This document shows, in pieces, positions 20,177 through 29,640 of a DNA stretch of 64,000 nt; position 1 is the first letter of the stretch, and each line of letters starts with the position of its first letter. The stretch spans positions 224,001 to 288,000 of the forward strand of contig CAWFCQ010000005.1 in assembly GCA_963814375.1 (NCBI GenBank), in the 5' to 3' direction. The stretch comes from an uncultured Chloroflexia bacterium. GTDB taxonomy: Bacteria; Chloroflexota; Limnocylindria; QHBO01. A program made the translations under genes and the position numbers. Below the pieces are notes generated by a model, which was not told the DNA's origin, made no database searches, and worked only from the letters and a program-made list of their open reading frames with translations.

Positions 20177-21364
20177 ATGACCAGCGCCGCCGGCGCGCCG
20201 GCCGAGGCCGGGACGCCGCTGTGGCGCGACGTCCGCGCCCTGCGCGTCGCGGCCCAGGTGGCGGTGATCCTCGGCGTCGGGCTGCTCGTCGCCTGGATGG
20301 CGAGCAACATGCTGGCCGCCATGGACGAGCGAGGGCTCGGCTTCGGCTTCAGCTTCCTGAACCGGCAGGCCGGTTTCGAGATCAGCGAGAGCCCGATCCC
20401 CTATTCGTCGACCGCGACGTACGGGACCGCCTTCCTCGTCGGCCTCTTCAACACGTTGTTCGTCAGCATCGTCGGGATCATCCTGGCGACGCTGCTCGGG
20501 ATCGTCGTCGGCGTCGCGCGGCTCTCGCCGAACTGGCTCGTCAGGCGCACCGCGTCCGGCTACGTCGAGCTGATGCGCAACACGCCGCTGCTCGTCCAGC
20601 TGTTCATCATCTACTTCGTCGTCTTCATCCAGCTGCCGTCGGTGGCCGAGTCGCTGGCCATCGGCCAGGGAGTCTTCCTCAACCAGCGCGGCCTCTTCGT
20701 GCCCGGTCCGCAGGTCGCGAGCGGCATCGGCCTCTGGCTCGCCTTCGGGGTGGCGGGCGTCGTCGCCCTCATCGGCGCACGCGCGTTCGCCGCACGACGC
20801 GAGGAGGCCGGCCACCCGATCCATGGCCTCAGAGCCGCCGGGTGGGTCGCGCTCATCGCCTTTCCGGTGCTCGGCTGGTTCGTCGCCGGCGGAGCGCCGC
20901 TGACGTTCGATCTCCCGGTGCGGGAGCGGTTCAACTTCGTGGGCGGCCTGCGGCTGTCGCCGGAGTTCACGGCTCTCCTCACCGGACTCGTGCTGTACAC
21001 CGCGGCCTTCATCGGCGAGGTGGTGCGCGGCGGGATCCAGTCGGTGCGGCGCGGGCAGCTCGAGGCGGCGCGCGCGCTCGGCCTGTCCGAGGGCCAGGTG
21101 CTCAGGCTCGTGATCTTCCCGCAGGCGATGCGCGTGATCGTTCCTCCGCTGACGAGCCAGTACCTGAACCTGGTGAAGAACTCGAGCCTGGCCATCGCCA
21201 TCGGCTATCCCGACCTGTTCAAGGTTGGCCAGACGATGGCGAACCAGACCGGCCAGCCGGTGTCGGTGATGATCCTGGTGATGAGCACCTACCTCGCGAT
21301 CAGCCTCGCCACCAGCGCGCTCATGAACCTCTACAACCGCCGCATCCAGGTGCTCGAGCGATGA
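20177..21364 (+). CDS. aapQ: Amino acid ABC transporter permease
   Basis: [28 protein letters not shown]. Confidence 0.9.
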   Translation: MTSAAGAPAEAGTPLWRDVRALRVAAQVAVILGVGLLVAWMASNMLAAMDERGLGFGFSFLNRQAGFEISESPIPYSSTATYGTAFLVGLFNTLFVSIVGIILATLLGIVVGVARLSPNWLVRRTASGYVELMRNTPLLVQLFIIYFVVFIQLPSVAESLAIGQGVFLNQRGLFVPGPQVASGIGLWLAFGVAGVVALIGARAFAARREEAGHPIHGLRAAGWVALIAFPVLGWFVAGGAPLTFDLPVRERFNFVGGLRLSPEFTALLTGLVLYTAAFIGEVVRGGIQSVRRGQLEAARALGLSEGQVLRLVIFPQAMRVIVPPLTSQYLNLVKNSSLAIAIGYPDLFKVGQTMANQTGQPVSVMILVMSTYLAISLATSALMNLYNRRIQVLER

Positions 21365-22558
21365 CGGCAGAGACGCTCCCGCCGCCGCGCACCGTCGTCG
21401 GGCCGATGGCGTGGCTGCGCCAGAACCTCTTCTCGGGCTGGGCCAGCAGCCTCATCACCGTCGTCCTCGGCGTGACGATCGCCTGGGTCACGATTCAGGT
21501 GGCCGGATGGGCGGTGACCGATGCCCGGTGGGAGGTCGTCACCGACAACCTGCGGCTCTTCCTCATCGGCCAGTACCCGGCTGACCAGGCGTGGCGCATC
21601 CTGGCGGCCCTGACCCTGCTGTCGGTCCTTGCCGGGCTGTCGGCGGGAACCTTCGGCCGCGCCTCGCGGATGCTGGCGATCACGCTGTCGGTCGTCCAGG
21701 CGATGCTGGCGGCGCTCATGCTGGCCTCGCCGATCGGCCTCGTGGCGGTTGGGGCCATGGCCGCGAACGCCGCCCTCGTGTGGATCGGCTTCGTCGTCGG
21801 CCTGCGGAGGTGGATCCCGCGGCGCGCACTCGTCATCGCCTGGGCTGATCTCACTGCCGGTCAGCTACCTGCTTCTGGCCGGCTTCGGCGCCGGCACGCT
21901 CCTGCCATCGGTCTCGTCGAACGCCTGGGGCGGGCTGCTGCTGACGGTGCTTTTGGCGACGGTCGGGATCATCCTCTCGTTCCCGCTCGGCGTGCTCCTC
22001 GCGCTCGGACGGCGCAGCCGGCTGCCCGTGGTGCGCGGGCTATCGACCGGCTACATCGAGATCATCCGCGGCGTCCCGCTCGTGACGATCCTGTTCATGG
22101 CCGACATCATCCTGCCGCTCTTCCTGCCCGGCGAATGGCGGCTCGATCGCGTGGCGCGCGCGATGGGCGGCATCACCCTCTTCTCGGCGGCGTATGTGGC
22201 CGAAAACGTCCGCGGCGGCCTCCAGGCCATCCCGACCGGCCAGATCGAGGCGGCGCAGGCCCTCGGCCTGTCGGGCATCAAGACGAACCTCTACATCGTC
22301 CTGCCGCAGGCGCTGCGATCGGTCATCCCAGCCAACGTCGGCCTCTTCATCAGCCTGCTCAAGGACACGACCCTAGTCACGATCATCGGCCTCCTGGAGC
22401 TGCTCGGCATCGGCCGTGCGGTTCTCGCCCAGCCGGATTCGTTCGGCGCCAACATGGAGGTCTACGCCTTCGTCGCCGCCGTCTTCTTCGTCCTCTGCTA
22501 TGCCATGTCGCAGGCGAGCTACCGGCTCGAGCGTGCGCTCGGCGTCGGAACCCGCTGA
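21361..22558 (+). CDS. aapM: Amino acid ABC transporter permease (frameshift near 21845)
   Basis: [37 protein letters not shown]. Confidence 0.88.
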
Positions 22559-23355
22559 TGGAGCGCTCAACCATGGACCAGAACCAGACCGATGCGGCGG
22601 CTGCCGCCACCGAGCCCGCCGAGGGAATCATCGTCGCGCGCGACGTGCACAAGTGGTTCGGCCAGCTCCACGTGCTGCGCGGGATTGACCTCGTCGTCGC
22701 ACCCGGCGAGGTCGTCGTCATCTTCGGCGCATCGGGCTCGGGCAAGTCGACCTTCATCCGCACGATCAACCGGCTCGAGGAGCACCAGCGCGGCGAGATC
22801 ATCGTCGACGGCATCCGGCTGACGAACGACGTCCGCAACATCGGCGCGATCCGCAGCGAGATCGGGATGGTATTCCAGTCGTTCAACCTGTTCCCGCACC
22901 TGACTGCGCTCCAGAACGTGACCCTGGCGCCCATGAAGGTGCGCGGCTACCCGCGAGCTGAAGCCGATGCCGTTGGCATGCAGCTGCTCGAGCGGGTCGG
23001 GATCCCGGAGCAGGCGCACAAGTACCCCGCCCAGCTGTCAGGTGGCCAGCAGCAGCGGGTCGCCATCGCCCGCGCCCTGGCCATGAACCCCAAGATCATG
23101 CTGTTCGACGAGCCGACGTCGGCCCTCGACCCCGAGATGATCAGCGAGGTGCTCGACGTCATGCAGTCACTCGCCCGCGACGCCGGGATGACGATGATCT
23201 GTGTCACCCACGAGATGGGCTTCGCCCGCGCCGTCGCCGACCGGCTGGTCTTCTTCGACCACGGCCAGATCGTCGAACAGGGCCCGCCCGCCCAGATCTT
23301 CGAGTCCCCGCAGCACGAGCGCACCCGCCGCTTCCTATCCCAGATCCTGCACTGA
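22558..23355 (+). CDS. aapP: Amino acid ABC transporter ATP-binding protein
   Basis: [29 protein letters not shown]. Confidence 0.92.
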   Translation: MERSTMDQNQTDAAAAATEPAEGIIVARDVHKWFGQLHVLRGIDLVVAPGEVVVIFGASGSGKSTFIRTINRLEEHQRGEIIVDGIRLTNDVRNIGAIRSEIGMVFQSFNLFPHLTALQNVTLAPMKVRGYPRAEADAVGMQLLERVGIPEQAHKYPAQLSGGQQQRVAIARALAMNPKIMLFDEPTSALDPEMISEVLDVMQSLARDAGMTMICVTHEMGFARAVADRLVFFDHGQIVEQGPPAQIFESPQHERTRRFLSQILH

Positions 23356-23388
23356 CCTCGGTCAGCTGCCACGGTGTACCGTGGCCGC

Positions 23389-23832
23389 ATGAAACGTGTC
23401 GAGGGCGGTGCGCGGATCGAGGCGCCGCCCGACGAGGTCTTCGCCTACCTCGCCGATCTCGACAACCTGGCCGAGTGGCAGACCGGCATCGTGACCGCAG
23501 AGCTGACCTCGCCCGGCGAGCCGACCGTCGGCACCACCGCCCGCGTCGTGCGCGAGCTGATGGGCAACCAGATCGAGGCGCCGCTGACGATCACCGCCTA
23601 CGACCCACCACGACGCCTCGCCATCACGTCCGAGGTATCCGGCGTGAATGCGGTCGCCGAGCTGGACCTGGCCGATGCAGGCGACGCCACCGACCTCGCC
23701 TTCGCGATGGAGATCCGCGGCTCGATGCTCACGAAGTTCATGGAGCCGATGATCGCCGGCGCTGCCAAGGGCGAGGTCGACGCGAGCCTGGCCCGCATCC
23801 AGGCTCGCTTCTCGCCATCACCTGCGGCCTGA
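23389..23832 (+). CDS. SRPBCC family protein
   Basis: IEAPPDEVFAYLADLDNLAEW. Confidence 0.85.
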   Translation: MKRVEGGARIEAPPDEVFAYLADLDNLAEWQTGIVTAELTSPGEPTVGTTARVVRELMGNQIEAPLTITAYDPPRRLAITSEVSGVNAVAELDLADAGDATDLAFAMEIRGSMLTKFMEPMIAGAAKGEVDASLARIQARFSPSPAA

Positions 23833-23848
23833 GCCACCCGCGGGACTA

Positions 23849-24806
23849 ATGCGCGCCTTCGTCACCGGCGGCGGCGGGTTCATCGGCCGCCATCTCGTCA
23901 GCCGCCTGCGCGGATCCGGCGCCGAAGTGCGCGCCATCGCCCGCAGCCAGCGCTCGGCCGGCAGCCTGTCCCGGGCCGGCTGCGAGGTCGTCGTCGCCGA
24001 CATCCTCGACGCCGATGCGCTTCGTCGCGCCATCGACGGCTGCGAGATCGCCTTCCACCTCGCCGGCGACTACCGGGTCGGCATCCGCGCTGAAGATCGG
24101 CCGGCGATGGAGGCCGCCAACGTCACCGCCACCGAGCGCCTGCTCGATGCGGCGACCAATGCCGGCGTCGCGCGCATCGTCCACGTCTCGACCATTAACG
24201 CCTTCGGCGACACCGGCTACCGGGTCGTCGACGAGGCCTACGAGCGACCGCGTCCGTATCGGTACGTCAGCTACTACGACGAGACGAAGCACCGCGCACA
24301 TCTCCTGGCGCACGAGCGGATCTCGGCCGGCGCGCCGATCCTCATCGCCCAGCCGGGCGGGGTCTACGGTCCGGGCGACCACTCCAGCCTTGGCGGCGTT
24401 CTGCGCGACGCGGCCGACCGGCAAGCTGCGCGCGCTCACCTTCGGCGACCTTGGCATGAACATGGCCCACGTCGAGGACATCGCCGAGGGGATCGCGCTG
24501 GTCGGCGAGCGCGGGACGCCGGGTCGGGCCTACGTCCTGGGTGGCGAGCTCACGACGATGGTCGAGCTGGTGCGGCGGGTAGCCGCCATCGCAGGTCACC
24601 GCCCACCGCGTCTCAGCACGCCGACCTGGGCATTGCGGGCGGCGGCGCCGCTCGTGAGGCGCATCGGTCCAGATCTGCGGGAACTGGTGAGCGCCAGCGC
24701 CGGCGTGACGTATTGGGCCACCGATGCCAAGGCGCGCGCGGAACTGGCCTACGCGCCGCGCGACCTCGAGGCGGGGCTGACCGAGGTGTTCGGCGCGCGA
24801 TCGTAG
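23849..24806 (+). CDS. NAD-dependent epimerase/dehydratase (frameshift near 24415)
   Basis: VTGGGGFIG, YDETK, VYGPGD, AHVEDIAEG. Confidence 0.88.
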
Positions 24807-25468
24807 ACGCCAATGTGCCAGAGGCCGATCCGGTCGCTGGCGGCCGGCCGGAACCCGGCGTCGGCGAGGCGCCGCTCGATCCGCCGCAGGTCGTGGACGT
24901 AGCCCCGGCACCCGCCCCACAGACGGTCCCAGGCGAACTCAATGGCCCACAGCGGCCGGTTGACGAAGCCGCGCCAGCCGCGCGACTCGGGCACGGTGAT
25001 CGCGATCCGCTCGCCGGCGGTCTCGATCGCTCGCGCGACCAGGCGGTCGACATCACCGAAGCAGCAGATCACGCGGTCCATCACGACCCAGTCGTGAGGT
25101 TGCGCTTCGACATCGGCGGCATTGCCAACCTCGAAGGTCGATGCATCGGCGAACCCGGTGGCCTCGGCGCGGCGATTCGCCACCTCGATGCTGGCCGGCG
25201 AAAGGTCGATGCCGGTGGCCTGCCTGGCGCCCATCTCGAGCAGGGCGATGCTGAGAGCGCCGGTGCCGCACCCGAACTCGAGGACGGTCGGACGCCGCGT
25301 CGGAGCGTCTCGAAGCAGGTCGAGCATCGCCGCGCTCACATCGACGAGGTCGGGGAACTCATCGACATCGGCCCAGTCGGCGGCATGCGCGTCGAACTGG
25401 CGCGCGATCCGCGGGTCCGCGGGCGCGCAGCAATCAGGCGGCTCCTGGCTATCCATCCCGTCCAGCAT
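24749..25468 (-). CDS. Class I SAM-dependent methyltransferase
   Basis: VLEFGCGTG, GIDLSP, DRVICCF. Confidence 0.85.
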   Translation of the reverse strand: MLDGMDSQEPPDCCAPADPRIARQFDAHAADWADVDEFPDLVDVSAAMLDLLRDAPTRRPTVLEFGCGTGALSIALLEMGARQATGIDLSPASIEVANRRAEATGFADASTFEVGNAADVEAQPHDWVVMDRVICCFGDVDRLVARAIETAGERIAITVPESRGWRGFVNRPLWAIEFAWDRLWGGCRGYVHDLRRIERRLADAGFRPAASDRIGLWHIGVYDRAPNTSVSPASRSRGA

Positions 25469-25485
25469 ATGGAGTGTCGCGACGC

Positions 25486-25647
25486 ATCGCGACCGATTCA
25501 CCAGAGCCGTACTGGGGGTTGCGTTCTCGCGATCTATCGCGGACTGGTGAGCCTGAGCGGCACCCGGAGGTGCGCCTTGTGCTGCGGAGCCCACGATCTT
25601 TCGCGGGAACGCAACCCCAACGCGCCCTCCGGTGAACCAACCACGAT
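25486..25647 (-). repeat. Long (about 160 nt) imperfect hairpin right after the TipA-like stop codon
   Basis: GGGGTTGCGTTCTCGCGA/TCGCGGGAACGCAACCCC core; outer 21-bp stem fully paired on the minus strand using G-U pairs. Confidence 0.75.
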
Positions 25648-26419
25648 CTATCGCGAGCGGGCGGCGTTGGCCTTGATGGCATCGTGGAGGTACTGGGCCA
25701 TGCCCGGCGCGATCTTCTCGTAGGTGGCGTTGAAGCGCGGATCGGCGATGTACATCTCGGCCAGGCCGACATGGATCTCCGAGGAGCAGTCGTAGAACCA
25801 GCGGCTGATGTGCTGCCGATGCTCTTCGGCCGCGTCCATCGCCTCGGCGCTGTCGGCCGGGCAGCCCGGCCTTCATGGCGGCCACGATGCGATCGCCGTT
25901 GGCCTGCGTCTCGTCCTTCATGCGCTGCCAGTCGGCCTTGGTGTAGCTGCTCGTGCGCCGCTGTGACTCGCGGTAGGCATCGGTGTCGCCCCAGCGCTCC
26001 TCGACCTCATCGGTGTACTGATCCGGATCGAAGTCGCCGAAGACCTCGAGGCGCTCCTCCGGCGTCAGTGAAATTCCCATCGTTCGTGCCTCCATTGCCT
26101 TCTCGACCGCCGCGGCCATCCGCTCCAGCCTCCGGATCCGATCGCGCAGCATCGCGTGCTGGCGACGGAGGTGGGCCGATGCGTCCGCGCCGCCATCCGT
26201 CATGACCGTCCTGATGTCGTCAAGGCCGAACCCGAGCTCGCGGTAGAAGAGGATGCGCTGGAGCCGCTCGAGATCGGCGTCGTCGTAGCGGCGGTAGCCC
26301 GCGTCCGAGCGATCGCACGGCGACAGCAGGCCGATCTCGTCGTAGTGGTGCAGCGTCCGCACCGTGATCCCGGCCATCCGGGCCACCGCGCCAACCCTGA
26401 GCGTCGTCGGTTCGTCCAT
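25648..26419 (-). CDS. MerR-family regulator with TipAS antibiotic-recognition domain (frameshift near 25860)
   Basis: VRTLHHYDEIGLL...GYRRY; EERWGDTDAYRES; HVGLAEMYIADPRF. Confidence 0.9.
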
Positions 26420-26426
26420 CGGAGGC

Positions 26427-26457
26427 ACCCTAGAACCTACCGTAACGTGAGGGTCAA
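26427..26457 (-). promoter_or_regulatory. MerR/TipA-type promoter with 19-bp spacer and dyad operator
   Basis: TTGACC-ctcacgttacggtaggttc-TAGGGT, then 7 nt to the ATG. Confidence 0.8.
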
Positions 26458-28631
26458 GCGGGCTCGACGTTGCCAGTGCTGCCGTCGACGGTGATGCGCA
26501 TCCCGGTTCGCAGCCGGGCGGTCGCGTCGCCGCAGCCGACGACGGCGGGAATCCCGTACTCGCGGGCGATGATCGAGGCGTGTGCCGCGGCACTTCCCAC
26601 ATCGGTGACAACCGCGGCGGCGCGGCTGAAGAGCGGCGTCCAGGCCGGTGCGGTCATCGGCGCCACGAGGATCTCGCCCGGCTGAAACTCGTCGAAGTCG
26701 TCCGGGCCACGGATGACGCGCACCACGCCGGTAGCTCGGCCACCCGAGGCAGGGGTCCCGGTGACGAGCGCCGTCGATGAGGGCTCCGCCCCGAGCGCGC
26801 GAGGAAAGCCGTCCCACATCCGCCTCAGCATCGGATTGACGGTACCGATGAGCAGGGGCGGCACGAGGCGGGCCTGCTCGACGCGGAGGGCGCGACGGGC
26901 AGCCACGTCGACGCCCGGCTCCAGATGGCCGTGTACTACGGCAGCCAGCGCCTCTCCACGGGTGAGGAAGAAGATGTCGTCGGGCCCTTCGAGCAGCCCT
27001 CGCTCGACGAGCGCCTCACCGATCCTCTCCACGGCGCGCCGCATGACCGGCCAGGGAGCGGTGAGCTCGCTGATCTGCTGCTCGCGCAGCGGGACGAGAG
27101 ACTGCGCGTCGGCGAGAACGCGCTTGAAGGCCGCAAGACGGCGCGGCGACGAGGCCAGCGCTGCGAAGGCCTCCTCCTCGGCGGCGTGGCGCGCCTCCAC
27201 GAGGGCTCGCTGCGCCTCGGGCGGCGGCGGGGACTGTGTCGGGGACGCCGGGAAGAACCAGTCGAGCGAAACGATGGCGTGCGCGCCGTCCGCCGACGGC
27301 ATGCCAAACCCCGTCACCAGCGGGAGGTGGCTGCCGCCCAGCGCTGGACGCAGGTGCCGCCGGTAGAACCCGGCGAGGTTGAACTCGAGCTTGTACGCCG
27401 CGCCGGCCAGCGCCGCCAGCCAGCCGAAGCCCTCGCCGGCCAGGCCGGCCAGCTCGTCGATCAATGGCGGAAGCTCGGCGACGGGCAGCGTCTCAACCTT
27501 GGCCTCCGCGTCCAGGATGGCCACCCGGTAGCGCGGGCGAAAGTCCGCGCGCCACTCTCGCTCGACGGTTCGGAAGCTGTGCCGCACGGTCGCCGGCATG
27601 ACGCCCGCGAGGCGCCGAGGGTGTCGGACGAGGTGCCCGAGCATGCGTGGCAGGTTGCCGATCATGGCGGCCGGTGACGCCCAGTTGAGCGAGTAGAAGT
27701 ACCAGCCGTTGACCACGACGTGCAGGGGCGCGGGCGCGCGCTGCCCGATCTGCTCGACGAACCAGGCGTGCATCCCCGCCTCCATCACCGTCAGCAGCCA
27801 CGACTCGAACAGCGGTGTGACGGGCTCTCCGATCCATTCGCCGAGGCGGAACTGGCGGGTGAACGTGCCGGGCGCCGGCGGCGTCCATGACACCTCGAGC
27901 GGCAGGGCGGTCATCGGCCGAGCCTGCAGCAGCCAGAGCACGCCCGCGCCGTCGATGGCCCACTCGATGTCCTGCGGCATCCCACGCGCTTCGGCGATCC
28001 GTCGCGCCTCGCTGGCGATCTCGAGCGCCTGCCGCGCTTCGATGGCCGACTCGGGCTGCCGACGCGCGGTGGCCTGTCGCTCACGGACGACCCATTCGTC
28101 GCCGGCGGCCGCGCCGGAGACCAGCCGATCGCCGCGACCCCGCACCGCCGTCACGATGATCGACGACCGGTCGCCCGTGAGCGGATCGGCCGTGAGGACC
28201 ACGCCGGCCGCCACCGGCGCGACCATGCGCTGAACGATGACCGCCATGCGGTCGCTGGCCGTGCGCTCGTATTCCGTCACGCGCGCGGCGCGCGCGCTCG
28301 CCAGGCAGCGCTCGACGGCCTTGGCCACGTCGTCTGGCGCCACATCGAGCTCGGTCTCATACATGCCGGCGAACGACCGATCAACCCCGTCCTCAGAGAT
28401 CCCGCTCGACCGGACCGCAAATGGGCCGTTGCCCAGGTCCCGTGTGCCGTCGGCCCGGTCCCACGATCCATCCGACGACAGCGCCGATGGGGTTCCCGCC
28501 GTCACGACGACCCCATCGGGAACGCGAACGCCGGCGGCGATCAGCTCTCCGAGGCTGGCGGCCTTGCCGCCGACCTCAGCCGAGTCGGACGAGCGCACAT
28601 CGCGGAGACGACGGATGACGGCGGCGCTCAC
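26454..28631 (-). CDS. PEP-synthase-like protein with rifampin-phosphotransferase (RPH)-type domain order
   Basis: N-terminal ATP-grasp (GGKAASLG, AVRSS, SFAG, DIEWA, LQARP), central helical domain, C-terminal His-swivel (GSAAAHASIIAREYGIP). Confidence 0.8.
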   Translation of the reverse strand: MSAAVIRRLRDVRSSDSAEVGGKAASLGELIAAGVRVPDGVVVTAGTPSALSSDGSWDRADGTRDLGNGPFAVRSSGISEDGVDRSFAGMYETELDVAPDDVAKAVERCLASARAARVTEYERTASDRMAVIVQRMVAPVAAGVVLTADPLTGDRSSIIVTAVRGRGDRLVSGAAAGDEWVVRERQATARRQPESAIEARQALEIASEARRIAEARGMPQDIEWAIDGAGVLWLLQARPMTALPLEVSWTPPAPGTFTRQFRLGEWIGEPVTPLFESWLLTVMEAGMHAWFVEQIGQRAPAPLHVVVNGWYFYSLNWASPAAMIGNLPRMLGHLVRHPRRLAGVMPATVRHSFRTVEREWRADFRPRYRVAILDAEAKVETLPVAELPPLIDELAGLAGEGFGWLAALAGAAYKLEFNLAGFYRRHLRPALGGSHLPLVTGFGMPSADGAHAIVSLDWFFPASPTQSPPPPEAQRALVEARHAAEEEAFAALASSPRRLAAFKRVLADAQSLVPLREQQISELTAPWPVMRRAVERIGEALVERGLLEGPDDIFFLTRGEALAAVVHGHLEPGVDVAARRALRVEQARLVPPLLIGTVNPMLRRMWDGFPRALGAEPSSTALVTGTPASGGRATGVVRVIRGPDDFDEFQPGEILVAPMTAPAWTPLFSRAAAVVTDVGSAAAHASIIAREYGIPAVVGCGDATARLRTGMRITVDGSTGNVEPA

Positions 28632-29242
28632 GAGAGTTCGTCCGTTCGTGCCTGCGCGATGAGCGCTCGGAGGAACCAGTCGACGTCCTCCGCAGCCTGA
28701 TCCGGCGAGACCCCGAGATGATCGCGCCACGTCCGCAGCGAGGACTGGGAGACGAGGACGACCAGGAAGCGCGCAATCCGGTCCTGGTCGGTGCCGGTAA
28801 GCGGCGGCTCGACCGACTCGACCAGCCGACGCATCCTGGCGAAGCGTGAGGGCATCGTGACGTGCCTGACCTCGCCGGCGATCGGGCTGGCAAACGCAGC
28901 GCGCTCCATGTCGTCCAAGGCGTCGAGGCGCTCGATGAATCCGCGGACCGCGCTCTTGACGTCGCCGACGCTTTCCGGATCCGGCACCCGATCGAAGCCC
29001 GCGCGCCGAGCCGCGTGCGGGTACATCTGCGCGAGGAGATCGGCCTTTGTTCCGAAGTGCCGATACACCGTCGGGACCGACACTCCCGCCTCGCGCGAGA
29101 CCGCCGGGATGGACAGGCTCGCGAGGCCCGTCGACATGACCCGCAGAGCCGCGTCGAGGATCCGGCTCCGGGTCTCCTCCGCGTGCTCGGCTCGCAGCGT
29201 ACTGCGATATGCACGTGTCTCGCTATTAGCGATACGACTCAT
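28628..29242 (-). CDS. TetR/AcrR family regulator
   Basis: TRSRILDAA...VSREAGVSVPTVYRHFGTK. Confidence 0.9.
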   Translation of the reverse strand: MSRIANSETRAYRSTLRAEHAEETRSRILDAALRVMSTGLASLSIPAVSREAGVSVPTVYRHFGTKADLLAQMYPHAARRAGFDRVPDPESVGDVKSAVRGFIERLDALDDMERAAFASPIAGEVRHVTMPSRFARMRRLVESVEPPLTGTDQDRIARFLVVLVSQSSLRTWRDHLGVSPDQAAEDVDWFLRALIAQARTDELS

Positions 29243-29485
29243 ATTGTGAATATATGACTCATGTCAAGCCTCGGTCCACATTGAGGGCATTCGGGCCCTG
29301 TGATAATCTCGGTGTGACGCGTTGACGCGGGAGCCAGTACGCGCAAAGACCTCGTTTTCGAGCGAGCCGGGACGGTGGAAGCCGGCAAACGAGGAGCGCG
29401 GAACTCGCCCGTCGAGCAGCCCGGTGACGAGCCGGGCCGGGTGGCGCCCGATATCCGCGCTGACGAGAGGACCGACCGAATCCGT

Positions 29486-29561
29486 GGGGTTGTAGCTCAG
29501 CTGGGAGAGCACCTGCATGGCATGCAGGGGGTCGGGGGTTCGAGTCCCCCCAGCTCCACCA
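29486..29561 (+). tRNA. tRNA-Ala (GGC), nested in the T-box leader
   Basis: 76-nt cloverleaf, CCTGC-AT-GGC-AT-GCAGG, G3:U70, GTTCGA, encoded ACCA. Confidence 0.97.
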
Positions 29562-29608
29562 CCCCATTGCGGGGAATGGCGGTCAAGCTCAGGTGGTACC
29601 GCGAAGCG

Positions 29609-29640
29609 CCCCTTCGTCCAGAGCGACGGAGGGGTTTGTC
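29609..29640 (+). terminator. T-box terminator / Shine-Dalgarno sequestrator hairpin
   Basis: CCCCTTCGTC-cagagc-GACGGAGGGG then TTTGTC; GGAGG lies 8 nt before an in-frame GTG. Confidence 0.75.

Larger units (their letters stand above)
29319..29640 (+). ncRNA. Leu-specific T-box riboswitch containing an embedded tRNA
   Basis: K-turn GCGUUGA/GAGC, AGUA (29336), AG bulge AGCGAG, apical GGUGGAA, specifier GAA-CUC (29404-06), T-box AAGCUCAGGUGGUACCGCG (29585-29603), antiterminator and terminator/sequestrator; leuS downstream. Confidence 0.9.

Noticed and set aside
20221-23355. 1044-aa permease-ATPase fusion
   Set aside because: Artefact of GC-rich open frames and an indel in aapM; four normal aap genes explain the region.
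24749-26611. 620-aa MerR-methyltransferase fusion ORF
   Set aside because: An indel near 25860 skips the TipAS stop and reads through the intergenic hairpin; the proper TipAS C-terminus is in another frame.
17509-29561. Genomic island bounded by two tRNA-Ala direct repeats
   Set aside because: Both tRNAs are complete with different anticodons, there is no integrase, and the intervening genes look native.
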